Made by a program: the position numbers and the translations under genes. From assembly GCA_964016885.1 (NCBI GenBank), contig OZ024740.1, forward strand, positions 141,918,001 through 141,982,000: a DNA stretch of 64,000 bases. Direction: 5' to 3'. The DNA is from Eledone cirrhosa (taxonomy: Eukaryota). The first letter of the stretch is position 1, and every line of letters starts with the position of its first letter. The notes under the pieces were generated by a model, which saw only the letters and a list, made by a program, of their open reading frames with translations, was not told where the DNA came from and made no database searches. Below are positions 1 through 13,962 of this stretch, piece after piece.

Positions 1-2466
1 ACGAAAGCCGTTCAATGGGCCCGAGTGGCGGAGGCGCGTCGTGGCAACAAAGCCACGATCCGGTCTTTGGTGGACCACGACGGGCGCATGCTACTCGATC
101 CCGGGCAAATGTGTGACGCTTTTCAGCGACACTTCACTCAGCTGTGCGGGGGCAGCGGTGGGCCAGGTCGAGGGATGGACTTTAGTGTCTACCTCGACGG
201 ACTGCCGCGGCTCTCGGCCACTGAGGCGGAGTGTTGCGAAAAGCCGATAACAGCCGCTGAAGTAAGGGAGGCAATGACTGGCTGCAGAAGGGGTAAATCG
301 CCTGGTTTGGATGGTCTGCCCTATGAACTTTACGTACAGATGCCAGACTTGTTCGGAGGCCTCTTGGCGGACGTCTACTGCAACTGGCAACAGAAGGTGA
401 GAATTCCCAGTTCTGTGAGCCGAGGAGCGGTGGCACTGCTGAGAAAGGATCCGAACAAGGGGGATAACATAGATAATTTCAGGCCCATAACTCTGCTAAA
501 CACAGAGTTCAAGATTTTGGCCAAGGTGCTAGCAAAGAGGTTGGCCCTTGTCGTTGGTGGTCTGGTGGGAGAGGCGCAGACATGCGCCATTCCCGACAGA
601 TCCATCCACGACAACCTCCACCTCATGCGATACATCGTAGAGAGGGTAGCTAGGGAACGTGGCACGGGTGGGTCCTTGATTAATTTAGATCAGTCGAAAG
701 CTTTCGATAGGGTCGACCATCGTTACCTAGCGGCAGTCCTGAGGGCGGCTGGCTTTGGGCCCGTCTTCAGAGGCTAGATCGCTGCCATGCACAGCGACAT
801 CTGCTCTGTGGTGAGAGTGAACGGTCACCTGTCGGAACCGTTCAACATCATGCGCTCGGTCCGCCAAGGATGTCCCCTCTCGTCCCTCTTGTACGTATTG
901 ACTCTCGAGCCGTTACTGCACAAACAGGAGACGTTGAGGGGCATCCCGTGCGAACTAGGATGCAGAAGATCCGTGTCAGCATATGCGGACGATGTCACCG
1001 TAGTGGTGTCGAACGCCAAACACATCGAGGCGATCGGCACTACACTAAGAGAATACGAAGCGGTGACAGGAGCAATGATCAACCAGGAAAAGTCAGTGGG
1101 CCTGCAGCTCGGCACCTGGAGAGGCAGATCCATGCCGTCCAACAGCGTCGTCGGACGCTGGACGGACGTACCGGTTAAATTGCTAGGGGTCTGGTTCGGT
1201 CCGGACCTCCAGACGGACAAAAACTGGGACGAGGTGACGAGCAGGGTGGCTTCTCTCACCCAGGAATGGGAGGCTTTTTGTGGAAGGGACGCGCTCCGAT
1301 GGTCAGGCGGTCCATCTGTTGTCAACACCCGCTACGTGGAGGGCTGGGCATGCCGTGGCTGATGATGCGCAGGCACGCGCTCAGGCTACGACATCTCCAC
1401 CTCTTCCTCGACGGTGATCAGGTGTGATCGCCGTTTGCTAGACACGTATTTCCCCAGCTCGTTTCCTTGACGGAGCTGCAGTCCTGGGTCAAGCGAAGAC
1501 CGAGAGGGAGCGCCTGGAGACTGGAATGTCTTCAGGCGCTCACAGCCCTCGACCAATCGGGCAATGTGATCGGTGGAAACTCCACCTCGGCGTTCTATAG
1601 AGGATTAGTGGAGGGGAAGAGCGACGACGTACTTGGGGAAACTCTAGGCGTCGACGAAAATCAACTAGCCAATCTCTTCGGAAGAACTTTCGGGCCAGGG
1701 CCTATGGACAACTTCCAGAAATCTCTGGCCTGGCAGTGCTACCGAGGAGCCTTGCCAGTTCGGGATAAACTCTACAGGCATGGAGGTGCCGTCAGCCGGG
1801 CATGTCCGAGATGCCCGCAGGGCGACGAAACCGTCCTGCACGCACTCGTCCAGTGTCCGAAAATTGCTGACTTGTAGGTTTATGTCGAACACCTGCTGTC
1901 GCGTTTAGGACGGATCCGGCTATCATCTGAGTCCATCGTGAGGATTGCCCCGCCCTCCTCCTTTAGACGGGAAGGGCAGGCAGTTTTTATCTGTCTGGTG
2001 GCCATGGCGAAAGAGATAGTATGGTGGACACGTTTGAAAGGGCTGAAGACGAGCACTTACCTCTTCGGTGATGCTCTGATTGACTTTTTCAAATTTCATT
2101 TGAAAAGGAAAATCAGAGTAGAGAGGGAAGTGCTCTCTTCCCAGCATTTTGTTGAAAGATGGGTGAGAGATGCAAGAATGGCCCGAGTGAATGGGCCTAC
2201 TCTGAGTATATATCTGTAAATTAAAGGTGGAAAACTGGGAGAGGGCACTTGCCTTGGTGGTCAGGGTCACTGTGGCCTTTTACTGGGCTTTCTCCACAAA
2301 TGTCCCTCCGAAGTCTCCCCCCTATTGGGGAATTTTTCATTGTTATATTTTGTTACATCCTCTGTTTTTGTTTTTTACACGCAGAAATGCCCATTTGCAC
2401 CGTCCTGTATTGTCCTGCACTGTTCTTAATGTCTACTTTATGTAAACCCTTGTGGTTAATAAAGAA

Positions 2467-2468
<2 letters not shown>
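1..2468 (+). mobile_element. L1/Tx1-clade LINE, 3' half (element D), decayed; ends AATAAAGAAA + (TTA)n
   Basis: ORF pieces 25-777, 787-1362, 1467-1877 and 1938-2219 carry RT motifs (KSPGLDG, FRPITLLN, DQSKAFDRV, RQGCPLS, YADD) and C-terminal CPRC..ETVLHALVQC. They are collinear with ORF2 at 31850-35287. 5' end lies outside the window. Confidence 0.95.
25..2219 (+). pseudogene. Disrupted ORF2 (RT + zinc finger) of element D
   Basis: Premature stops where A/B have Trp (775-777 TAG, about 1425 TGA, 1875-1877 TAG) and an internal deletion near 1265. Confidence 0.92.

Positions 2469-2522
<54 letters not shown>
2469..2522 (+). repeat. (TTA)n microsatellite at 3' end of element D
   Basis: Seen directly after the AATAAA signal. 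Confidence 0.97.
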
Positions 2523-2559
2523 GTTTTTTCATGTATGTATTTTTTGTGGAGCCAGAGAA

Positions 2560-2900
2560 TCCTAGTCTTCATTAAGATATCTCTCTAGGAGAAGGTCACC
2601 AGTATAAAACCTGCGACTTTGTTTGCATCCAATGTAGACCAGTTCTTTTTGTGCAAATGCATTCGATGTTCAGACAGTGGGATTGGCTCAGTGCAAAGCC
2701 TTTCCTCATTTACAAAAGTTTCAACCACTGGCATCGCTTGATATGTGACACTTATTGCGATGCATGGTATTACTGGCCATAGGCAAGTCCCTAGCAGGAG
2801 GAAAAAGCCACTTCCATGATGCTCATGCTTAAGTATCAAGTGATGGCATTACTCGAAATCGGGTGGCAGCCATCATTATCATTTTGTATGTATGTATAAA
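2560..2900 (+). mobile_element. Partial copy of an unclassified interspersed repeat with (TATG)n tail
   Basis: Shares AGTGGGATTGG..GTGCA..GCCTTT with 42095-42480 (+) and 55465-56075 (-), and the CTCGAAA..GGCAGCCA end with 55465-56075. Confidence 0.6.
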
Positions 2901-3743
2901 GGAAATATATACATAAATATAATGTATGTTATATGCCTAACACCACGATTATGTTCTTTTTTTTTTAAATAGACATTGTGATTATAGTTTCAAGTAATTT
3001 AATCAAGTTATATTTTGTATTCCTTATGCAGCATTCTCAGTGAGAAATCTAATATGTACACAAATGCACCCATGGTCTCTCTCTCTCTCTCTCCCTCTCT
3101 CATACACACACACAAACATATACGCACAGCACGAACAAACACGCACACGACAAATACACATACACACACGACGAATACACGCATACACACACACAGACAG
3201 ATACACACACACACACACACATTCCTTTACTCTTTACTGGTTTCAGTCACTAGAATATGGCACCACAATCGGGGCACCACATACATTTAGTTGACTATAT
3301 CGACCCCAGTTCTTATATTTTTCAAGTCTGGCACATATTTTATCGATCTCTATTTTTGTCGATCCGCTAATTTACGGGACATAAACACAGTCAGACAAAT
3401 ATAAACATAGACATGGAAGGACACTCCATAACATACAAATGCACACATACACACACACACACACATATATACATGGCTATATATATATATATATATACAT
3501 ACATACATATATATATATATACATATATATAAATGAATATACATATATATATATATATATATATATTCATATATATTTATACATGCAGAGAGAGAAAGAA
3601 AGAGAGAGAGAGAGAGAGTAAGAGAGAGACAGAGAGAGAGAGAGAGAGGGGGGGAGGGGGCGTTCTGGTGGAGGAAGAATGAGTGAGGTGAGAGAGTATC
3701 ACAAGAAGATAGCTTAGAGTTGTATCATATTTATCATCATTTA

Positions 3744-3933
3744 GCGGTGGATTGGCAGTATCGGTAGAGGGTCGGACGCCATGCTTTGACGCATAGAGTT
3801 ACGGCTCTTGCCATTCTGAGTTCAAATCCCGCCGAGGTTAACTTTGCCTTTCATCCTTACGGGGTCGATAAAATAAAGTACCAGTAATACACTGAGATAA
3901 TTGCTGGCCTTGTGCCTAAAAGTAGAAACAATT
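3744..3933 (+). mobile_element. tRNA-derived SINE (family 1), near full length
   Basis: Box A-like TGGCAGTATCGG, box B GAGTTCAAATCCC, core GCCTTTCATCCTTACGGGGTCGATAAAATAAAGTACCAG. More than 15 copies in the window, including diverged or partial ones near 4043-4183, 5875-6270, 8282-8430, 10871-10967, 11630-11785, 15171-15276, 43800-43925, 44701-44832 and 52643-52722. Confidence 0.9.
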
Positions 3934-4642
3934 ATCATCATTTAACGTACGTTTCTTTCTGCTAGCGAAGGGATGTTTTATAATTGGAGGCCAGATATTA
4001 TATTGGGGCATAGTATAATGTATGAGTACACATAGTCTTGTAGGCGGCGAATTGGTAGGGTCGTTAGAGCGTCGGATATAAGGCTTTGTGGTATTCGTGT
4101 TGGCTCTCTGTTCTCTGAGTTCAAATCCCACAGATGTCAACATTGCCTTTCATCGTTTCGAGGTCGATAAGAAAAGTACCAGTTTAGTAAAGGCATCGTT
4201 TCTTCTTCTGTATCTCTTATTTATTTCCTTTCTCTCACTCTCCATCCTTTTCTGGAAAATATCTTCCCTGTATCCAAGAAACGCCGTCTGTAACTACGGA
4301 GCTGCTCCGACTTCCTCAGGAGTTACGGGTACAACCTATTACCCATCCATCCATCCACCCTTCCATCCATCCACTCATACATACATAGCCTTGTCTGGAC
4401 CTAAGCCTTATGAAGCAAATTAGGTGTACAGAAACTACGGAATCCTGTCGAAGTACGGGCTTTTCATACAATGGCACACTGAATCTACCTGAAGATTAGG
4501 TTAAAGATATACAGGTGTCTATGCAATACTGAGTCACTTACAATATATTTGAATGAATAGGTAGTTCTTGTTTAGCGAACTACTCGAATACTCATCGTCG
4601 AACCTAACCAGATTTATGAGTGAATATAACATGTGTATGCGT

Positions 4643-4705
<63 letters not shown>

Positions 4706-4727
4706 TAATGTTGGAAATAGGAGGTAA

Positions 4728-4768
<41 letters not shown>

Positions 4769-4930
4769 TAATGTTGGAAATAGGAGGTAATAGTAGTAGT
4801 AGTAGTAGTGTAATGTTGGAAATAGGGGGTAATAGTGGTAGTAGTAGTAGTAGTAGTAGTAGTGTTGGAAATAGGGGGTAATAGTGGTAGTAGTAATAGC
4901 AGTAGTAGTAGTAGCAGTAGTAGTAGTGAC
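4643..4930. repeat. Compound (AGT)n repeat interrupted four times by TGTTGGAAATAGG(A/G)GGTAA
   Basis: Seen directly; a minisatellite built on a trinucleotide repeat. Confidence 0.9.
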
Positions 4931-5075
4931 AACAACCACAACAGTAACAGTAGTTACAGCAGCACCACCAGTAATGGTAAATGCAGCAACAGCGATAGCT
5001 GCAGTAGTGGTAATATTTGCAACAATAGCAAGAGTGTAGCGTCCATAAAGACAAATCATACGTATGGACAAGCCT

Positions 5076-5107
<32 letters not shown>

Positions 5108-5201
5108 ACACACATACGGCCGCACACACACACACACACACGTTTGTATGTATACAAAAATACTAATTTTTCTGTAAATATTTGTGTGAGTATATATATA
5201 T

Positions 5202-5249
<48 letters not shown>

Positions 5250-5345
5250 AAGAATTGAACGGGAACAAAACAGAGAGGCAGTACGAACAAAGGTTTATTA
5301 GTTTCACGCTCTTGAGAGTGGGGTGGTGGTATATATATATATATA

Positions 5346-5419
<74 letters not shown>

Positions 5420-5456
5420 TATATATATATATACATACATAGATATACATATACAT

Positions 5457-5491
<35 letters not shown>

Positions 5492-5547
5492 AATATATTA
5501 ACTCGTGTTGCTTTCGTGCAACGTTGATGAGGTTGGATTCCTAGTAC

Positions 5548-5627
<80 letters not shown>

Positions 5628-6498
5628 AGAGAATGAGAGAGATAGAAATAGGGCGAGAGAGGTGAGAAGGTGTGAGTGGAGACACAATTGAATTGCAATA
5701 ATAACAGCAACTACATTTATCAATGGTAATCTACAATAATTCAGAAGCTGATCTTGTGTGGGATGCTAGGAAATATTTCACTGAAATATTTAAACTGTAA
5801 ACCGAATTACTCAATAAATATGTAAATTCCACGTTGTGTTACATTCCTAATTTCTATGATGATTTATTCTAAGATATGTTAGGGCTTCGGATAAAATATT
5901 TTCTGTCATTTAATCGAGTCTTTTTACGTTCTGATTTCAAATCTAGTCGATGTCAACTATGGCTGTTATCCTTCCTGGATCGATATAATGAATTATCAGT
6001 CAAGTAATGGGATCAATATAATCAACTTTCTCTACCACCAATTACTGACCTTGTGCCATAATTAGTAACCGAGATCTGTTAGTCGTCATTTAGTTACGGC
6101 TGTTTATGTTCTCAGTTCAAATCTCACTGAAGTCAATTTGCTTTTTATCATTCCTCAGTCTCTAAGATGGAGTACCAGTCATGCACTGGAGTCTGTTTCA
6201 CTGCCACAAACACAAAATAATCCAACATACAAACAAACAATTATTAGCTTTGTGCCTAGATTAAAAACTAATATATGTTAGCATGTCGCATGAAAGGACG
6301 ATATTTGCTCCAACTTATTGCGTTCTGAATTCAAATCCCGTTGTGGCCCCGTCTTGTTGACTTAACCTCTTCGCAACTACATTTCTAATGAAATATTCTC
6401 CATTTTAATAATTTAATGAAGAGTTTTGTGGGTATTACTAAACTTATTAATTATTTCATTACTAAGAGAGTAACTTAATATATCGTTCTAATATAAAA

Positions 6499-7139
6499 CT
6501 AGCAGTGATATCCGGCGTTGCACGGGATAAGGTATTTTGGAACGCGGGCCGCCAACAGACCTAATCGTGGAAAAACTGCATTCCTGGACAATATGTAAAG
6601 AAAATAAACCGAATACTCTGATGGCTGGATAATCTTTAAGATTTTCCTCGATGAAGCAGGAAAAATGCAGGTTTTCACCTAATGGGGGCCCTAGGGGATC
6701 AAGAAAATGATTTTTTTTATGTGCATAATATGCCTTGAAATTTCGGGAAAATCGGCTAGACGTAACGCCTCAAAAAAGCCCTAAAAAGCTGAAAAAATGA
6801 AGTTTTTCACCTAATGCAGGCCCTAGGCCATAAAAAAGTTGGATTTTCTTTGCTCACGGTATGAAGAAGAGACTGACTAATACATAGTTACAATTTCAAG
6901 GAAATCGGTCTGACATAACGCCTAAAAAACCCCATAAAAGCTGAACAAATACAGTTTTTCACCTAATGCGGGCCCTAGGGAATCAAAAAGTTGTATTTTA
7001 TGTGCATAACACTCCCTGAAACATAAGTAATACACATGTAAACTTTGAAAAAAATCGGTTGGGTACTTCTCGAGTTTTAGGGATTCAAACACACACACAT
7101 ACGCGCGCGCCCAGACAACCTCAGTTTTATATATATAGA
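6499..7139 (-). mobile_element. Non-autonomous Helitron
   Basis: Minus strand starts TCTATATATATAAAA after an A. It ends CCCGTGCAACGCCGG (hairpin-like)..CTGCTAG before a T (A|T target, no TSD). Three internal 130-150 bp repeats contain TTTCACCTAATGnnGGCCCTAGG. Confidence 0.8.
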
Positions 7140-8093
7140 TTACACTGGAAGATTTAAATTTAAATAGGAACATTTAAAAATGTGTGGTTTTGCTTCATAG
7201 AACAAAAATCAGTATTGGCAGGGTTTTAACGCTACCACCACCTAGCATGCATTTATCAGGATGCACTGAGTTACAAGCATTCGAGCTAGGTCTACGATTT
7301 GTAGACACTTTCCTTTCTCCCTTCCGGCAGTCACGGAGGCCCTGAAATATATCTGAGAGCGTCGGACGAGATGCCTTGCGTTATTGTACTCCAACAAAAT
7401 AACGTTCTGGCTTACTTGCAAGATACACTTAATTCACCGCCCTGTTCAACACCCCCATCTATTTCCTTGGGAGCCTTTAGCGATGTCAAATGTTGCAGTA
7501 TTCCGGTTAGGCCTCCGGTCAGTAGATACTTTCGTTTTCCCCTCGTACAAGACTCAAAAGTCATGAAAATATTCATGGTTATTATTTCAGCCTTCCATTA
7601 TTCACTAAAGAGTAAAAAATAGACAACAAAACACACTTATAAAACATTAAAAGATATCGAACATTGGCACCTTAGGTGTCTTTATCTTGGCCAGGTCTCC
7701 GGTTTGAGGACACTTTCTTTCCTCCATCTCTTCCTTCCACCAATTACGGAGGTGCTCTAACGTATCATGGGCACAATTCATCTCTTCTTAGTTAACTGAC
7801 CCCCCCCCCACACACACACAAAAAGGAACCGGAGATGTAATATTGCAATGATGATGGCAGAAAGGATGTTATGTTACATCCTCTCCTTCCATGTTAAATC
7901 TTCATTGCACACTCACACTCACACACACTCACTCTCTCTCTCTCTCTAACACACACACGCGCACATACACACAATCACACACACACACACACATATATAT
8001 AACCATTCTCTCTCGCACATACTCACACACACACTTATACTCACACACACACTCATACTCATACGCACTCTCTCTCATACATACACACACCAA

Positions 8094-8273
8094 TATTGTT
8101 TTTACTATTGGCACAAGGACAACAATTACCCAGTGCATTACTGGTACTTTATTTTATCGACCCCGTAAGGATGAAAGGCAAAGTTAACTTCGGCGGGATT
8201 TGAACTCAGAATGGCAAGGGCCGTAACACTATACTTCAAAGCCTGGCGTCCGACCTTCTATCGATACTGCCAG
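8094..8273 (-). mobile_element. tRNA-derived SINE (family 1)
   Basis: Reverse-complement match to 3744-3933. Confidence 0.9.
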
Positions 8274-8600
8274 TCAGTATGCGTTAGCGTCAGACAACCT
8301 TTGTGGCATATAGTTTCTGAGTTCATATCCCAATGAGATTAGCTTTGATTTTCATCCTCACGGGATCGATAAAATAAAGTACCAGTAACGCATTGGGGTC
8401 GTTTCAATCGACTTTTCCTCCTCCCCAAATTGATTTTCACTTAAATTTATTATATATTTCCGGTTGGTTCGATAACCGGATGGTTGTATATATATTGTCA
8501 AAACTCTTTCGTCACACATTCAGTGACCTCCTCAGTGACTGGTTTCTACAGTGTGGCCAGTGTCGTCATTGAAATATATATCACAGCATTATTATTAAAT

Positions 8601-8785
8601 GGCGGATTGGCAGTATCGGTAGAAGGTCGGACGCCATGCTTTTCAGCATAGTTACGTCCCTTTACGATCTGAGTTCAAATCCCGCCGAGGTTGACTTTGC
8701 CTTTCATCCTTACGAGGTCGATAAAATAAAGTACCAGTAATGCACTGAGTTATTGCTGGCCTTGTGCCTAAAGTAGAAACAATTA
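8601..8785 (+). mobile_element. tRNA-derived SINE (family 1)
   Basis: Match to 3744-3933 with box A/B. Confidence 0.9.
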
Positions 8786-8837
8786 TTATTAAAGGACTTG
8801 AACATCTGAAACTACTTCGCTTTTACTTATTCGATTC

Positions 8838-8974
<137 letters not shown>

Positions 8975-9352
8975 ATTAACTAAAACATATTTACGGATTA
9001 AAATAATTCAATAATTCAAGAGAGATATTTTAGCTATTGTATGGTAACAATGTAAAAATCATTCATATTTATCCCTTTATTTGTTGTTCTGGATGTAAAG
9101 TCATACAATTATTTCATGCATTGAAAACAGAATGTGTCAGTCATGTAAATACGATGTCGAAGATGTTTATAGTATTATTATCTGCTTGGATGACAATGGA
9201 AGGAAGCACAAACACAGACACACACATATATATATAATAATATGTATATATATATATTATATATATATATACACACACACACACATATATATATATATAA
9301 TATATATATATAATATGTATATATATATATTATATATATATATTTGTATGTT

Positions 9353-9398
<46 letters not shown>

Positions 9399-9440
9399 TA
9401 TACATATATATATGCATATATATATGTATACACACACACG

Positions 9441-9484
<44 letters not shown>

Positions 9485-9711
9485 CGTGTGTGTGTATGTA
9501 TGGCAGGCTAACTCGATCATCTGGTGTAAGAGAGTGCGACAACTATCGGAAGCAACTAGGCTGTGAAACATTAGATGAAAGAATCAGAAGGAATAGCATG
9601 GAGTTGTGATCAATTCCCTTTCGTTTGTTAGATTTAAATTTAAAGAAGTAATAAGAAATCAGGCGCACATATTCACATACACACACATACCCCCACACAC
9701 ATACACACACC

Positions 9712-9802
<91 letters not shown>

Positions 9803-10004
9803 CTATATATATATATAGCAATCAAGTAATAATTGTCAACAGTAATAATACACAATTTATCATTTGAAGGAAGAAATATTATAAAATATTCTTATATGAA
9901 CGAGTATATAAGTCCATGAAATTGGTGTTTCCTTGTGGTTGTTTGGATGACTAGGCCCGAAATCGATTAGAGATATAACTTTATATATATATATATTCAT
10001 ATAT

Positions 10005-10101
<97 letters not shown>

Positions 10102-10114
10102 GATATAAATATAA

Positions 10115-10530
10115 ATGAAAGAAAACAAACCTAGAGGTGTAAAAATACAAAATCTTATTAGGCTCATACTTACACGGTTAGAGGAAGTGGAAGCGGATTC
10201 TACGTTTCGTGCGGAAGTCCTTCATCAGAAAAGTTCGTATAATGAGAGAACAGGTTGGTACATGAAAGTTTTGTGTGAAAATTAGGAAAGGAAGTTAAGA
10301 AAAGGGAGTCAGGAAGAGTTTGATAGGTTGTGGGTCATAGACGAGACGTCCGTTATTCGGGAGTGTGTGCGTGTGTGTGGGGAGGGGGGGGGGGGGGGCA
10401 GCAGTGAGGGTCCAGGTGTGTCATGGGTGTAGACGAAGCTATAAACACTACCGCAGCGCCAAGCTGTTTCGGCTTGAGTACACCCATTGAAAAGGCTTGC
10501 TAAACATAAGCCGAAACCGCTTGGCAATCG
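10115..10530 (-). mobile_element. Penelope-like terminal repeat fragment with degenerate minimal hammerhead core
   Basis: Minus strand CTGATGA-AGGACTTCCGCAC-GAAA-CGTA (10200-10228). Homologous to 49180-49450 (+), which has CTGACGA-AGACTTCCGTCC-GAAG. Confidence 0.5.
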
Positions 10531-10652
10531 CAGCCAGGTTTATTCCTCATCTCTCTCTCTATCTCCCTCTCTCTCTCTCTCTCCCTCCCTCCCTCTTTCT
10601 CTTTCTCTCTCGCTCTTTCTATCTTTATATATATATAATGGTTTCTTATATA

Positions 10653-10852
10653 TGCACAAGGCCAGCAATTTGGGGTAGGGGGAAGTAATTTAAATCGACT
10701 CCAGTGCGTGACTGGTACTTTATTTTATCGGCACTGCAAGGATGAAAGGCAAAGTTAACCTCGGTGGGATTTGAACTCAGATCATAAAGGGCCGTAACTC
10801 TATGCTGCAAAGCAAGGCGTCCGACCCTCTATCGATACTGCCAATCTACCGT
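10653..10852 (-). mobile_element. tRNA-derived SINE (family 1, longer 3' variant)
   Basis: Reverse-complement match to family 1. Confidence 0.88.
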
Positions 10853-11858
10853 CTTTATATATATATATATAATTGTTTCTACTTTTCGCACAAGGCCAGC
10901 AATAACCCAGTGTATTACTGGTACTTTATTTTATCGACCCCGTAAGGATGAAAGGCAAAGTTAACCTGAATAAAAAATGTGGACGAAGACAATGGAAAAA
11001 CGAACGAAACACAGGCAGCCCCCTCTGATCAGTCGATCAGCAAGATTGCTGTGGTGCTTTAGGATCGATGCAACTAAGCGCAACCCCGCGTGTGTATGAG
11101 TGGATATGTATGTGTATATATATTTATGAATGTGAATGTGTGTGTTTGTTTGGGTAGGCAAACTTATGTACATTTTTAACTATATGGGTGTCAGGATATG
11201 AAAAAGAGAACGCATTTGTATACCGATGTGCAACTATGTCCAGGTGTCTATAGGTTCTGGTGTAATAGTAAATTGCATGTACAAGCATATGTGTTCATTG
11301 TACAACCCAATTAGAGGGCATGCCCACCCTAGTAAACCAAGCTTCACATTTCTACAGTCAATATGGCACGTACAACCTGTGCCCTCTGCTAGTGCATTTT
11401 ATGTCCATTTTTAGTGAGTATGCGTGTATGTGTGTTTAGACCTCCAGTTAAATGTATGCATAGATATATGGAAGGCAGCAGTTGCACGTTTCTGTATCGT
11501 TTTGTCATATGTGTATGTGCACGGGTGCTTTTATGCAGGTGTACCAGCACATTGGTGTGTATGAGTATGTATTTGTATATAGAACCATGCAGACATGTTT
11601 GCCTGTCGTGATGCAGTAAGATGGGTTCCTTCTCTTTATATTCTGAGTTCAAGTCCAGCCAAGGTCAACTTTGCCTTTCATCCTTCCGGGGTCAACAAAA
11701 TAAAGTACGAGTCACGTACAGGGGTCGAACTAAACTACTTTCCCCTCACATCAAACTGTTGGTCTTGTGTCTAATTTCGAAACCATCATCATTATCATCG
11801 TCATCATCATCATCATCATCATCATCTTCATCATCATCATCGTCATGATCCTTACCTT

Positions 11859-11930
<72 letters not shown>

Positions 11931-11969
11931 ATAAATAATTGTATAAATCATCATCATTATTATTACCAC

Positions 11970-12143
11970 AGTATCGGTAGAGGGTCGGACGCCATGCTTT
12001 CCAGCGTAGTTACGTCCCTTTACGATCTGAGTTCAAATCTCGCCGAGGTTAACTTTGCCTTTCATCCTTACGGGGTCGATAAAATAAAGTACCAGTAATG
12101 TACTGAGTAATTGCTGGCCTTGTGCCAAAAGTAGAAACAATTA
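11970..12143 (+). mobile_element. tRNA-derived SINE (family 1)
   Basis: Match to family 1. Confidence 0.9.
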
Positions 12144-12752
12144 TTATTACCACCGTTACCGGCGACATCATCGACATCGTCGTCATCCTCATAATCATCA
12201 TCATCATCATATTCAGTGTCACTATTAGCAGCAGCATGTCCCCATCAATTGCCAAAATCCATAGCAGCATTAAAAAATATATAATCTTGAAAAAAGCTGC
12301 TTAGTTTGTTAATCTTTTATGAGAAAACATAAGGAAACATGTGCATAAGGAGGGAGGGTGAGCAAAAACAACGACGACAAACACAACACCACCACCACCA
12401 CCACCAACAACAATAACAACAACAAAAAAAACGCAACACTACAACCACCACTACCACAACGCCCCTCCATCAACGACACCACCACCAACAACAAGAACAG
12501 CATATAGACAAGCAACATATTTACAAGGATCCACGGATGGAAAGAAATAATCATGGGGTAGAGTGGAAGACATGGTGTTGTTGTGGTAAAGGATTATTAC
12601 ACTTAGATAGGTAGAGAGATATTATTAAACACTAACCTACCGAAGCATGATTGATCTAAGCCATAACATACAGAAAGAATTCATTTTTCACTGTCGTTCT
12701 TTCTGACAAGATGCCAAGTTATCTATCTATCTCCCCCCCCTCTATCTCTCTC

Positions 12753-12805
<53 letters not shown>

Positions 12806-12942
12806 CTTTGTGTATAATCTATATCGATCTACTGTATCTATATATCCGTATATATATATCCGTATATATATATATATATATATATCTTTTTTCTCAATTT
12901 CCCTCAGCCTTTCTTCGCCTATATCAAGCTTTTTATACTTAT

Positions 12943-13011
<69 letters not shown>

Positions 13012-13878
13012 AAAGATTGTGGGAAATTCAACGAGACATTCCTGATGATTTCATACGAGTGAAAGTGTCTTAGTTTAAATATAATTTATTTCTATATGAA
13101 ATATTTATACTTCTTCTCTACCAACGCACTGAGCACCTTCCAAAAACAATCCGTAATTATATTTATTTATATATTTCTAGAAACTGAAACGCAGAAATTA
13201 ACTGTAAATACCGTTGGTTACTATAAGTAATGCCTTATAGGGGGTAAAGTACTGTCGTAGATCCTGCGAAGAATCGAACCACATAAGATACTGACTGACT
13301 GCTCCAAGCCTTGAGCCATGCGGTCCTGGACAACACTCAGCGTCTAAATTATAAAGATAAATCGAAGAGAGTTTGAATGTAAACAACCTCTATGCGAGGT
13401 ATCGAACTTTCGAAGTTCTGAAGGTTCATGAAGTTCATAGAAAATGTAGGACTCTCTGATGCAGAACGTAAGTGTAAATACAGTTGGCTATTATAAATAA
13501 TAGCTTAGTAAAACGGGTAATATATATATATACAATGGCGGACTGGCCAGGTTGCCAGGTTGCCCAATGGCAAGTGGGCCCCAGGGTGCTACGGTAGTAT
13601 CGCAAGGGCCCACAGTAGCATTGCAGCGCCCTCTGAAGTATTTTAGGGGCCAATGCTTTGCTTTAAAAAAATACCTGAAATCTAAGAGAAAGAATAAAAT
13701 AAAAAAAATAATAAATAAGACAATTAAGCAAAGCATTTGACAACCAATTCCCCAGGGAATTACTAGAAACCAAAATATACGATAGTGCAAATAGCTGGAA
13801 TTAGTGGTTGTACATTCTACTAAATCTAAAGCTTAGTGTATTCATTCAAGCATGCAATATATAGACACAGACGCTCAA

Positions 13879-13962
<84 letters not shown>

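Noticed and set aside
775-1877. All three premature stops in element D are Trp TGG to TAG/TGA, suggestive of deaminase hypermutation
   Set aside because: TGG converts to a stop by ordinary transitions; three events without a subfamily consensus cannot show a bias.
3744-3835. tRNA-like box A/box B sequences
   Set aside because: SINE heads, not tRNA genes: no cloverleaf, and followed by the shared SINE core.
4700-4885. Regularly spaced 23-bp repeats resembling a CRISPR array
   Set aside because: Spacers are (AGT)n, the context is eukaryotic and there are no cas genes.
13025-13075. CTGATGA..GAAA hammerhead-like core
   Set aside because: Stems II and III are not convincing; similar isolated CTGATGA hits at 43372, 53033, 58636 and 59770 lack the fold.
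13532-13650. GC-rich TGGCGGACTGGCC..GGGCCC block resembling a DNA-transposon end
   Set aside because: No matching opposite terminus found.
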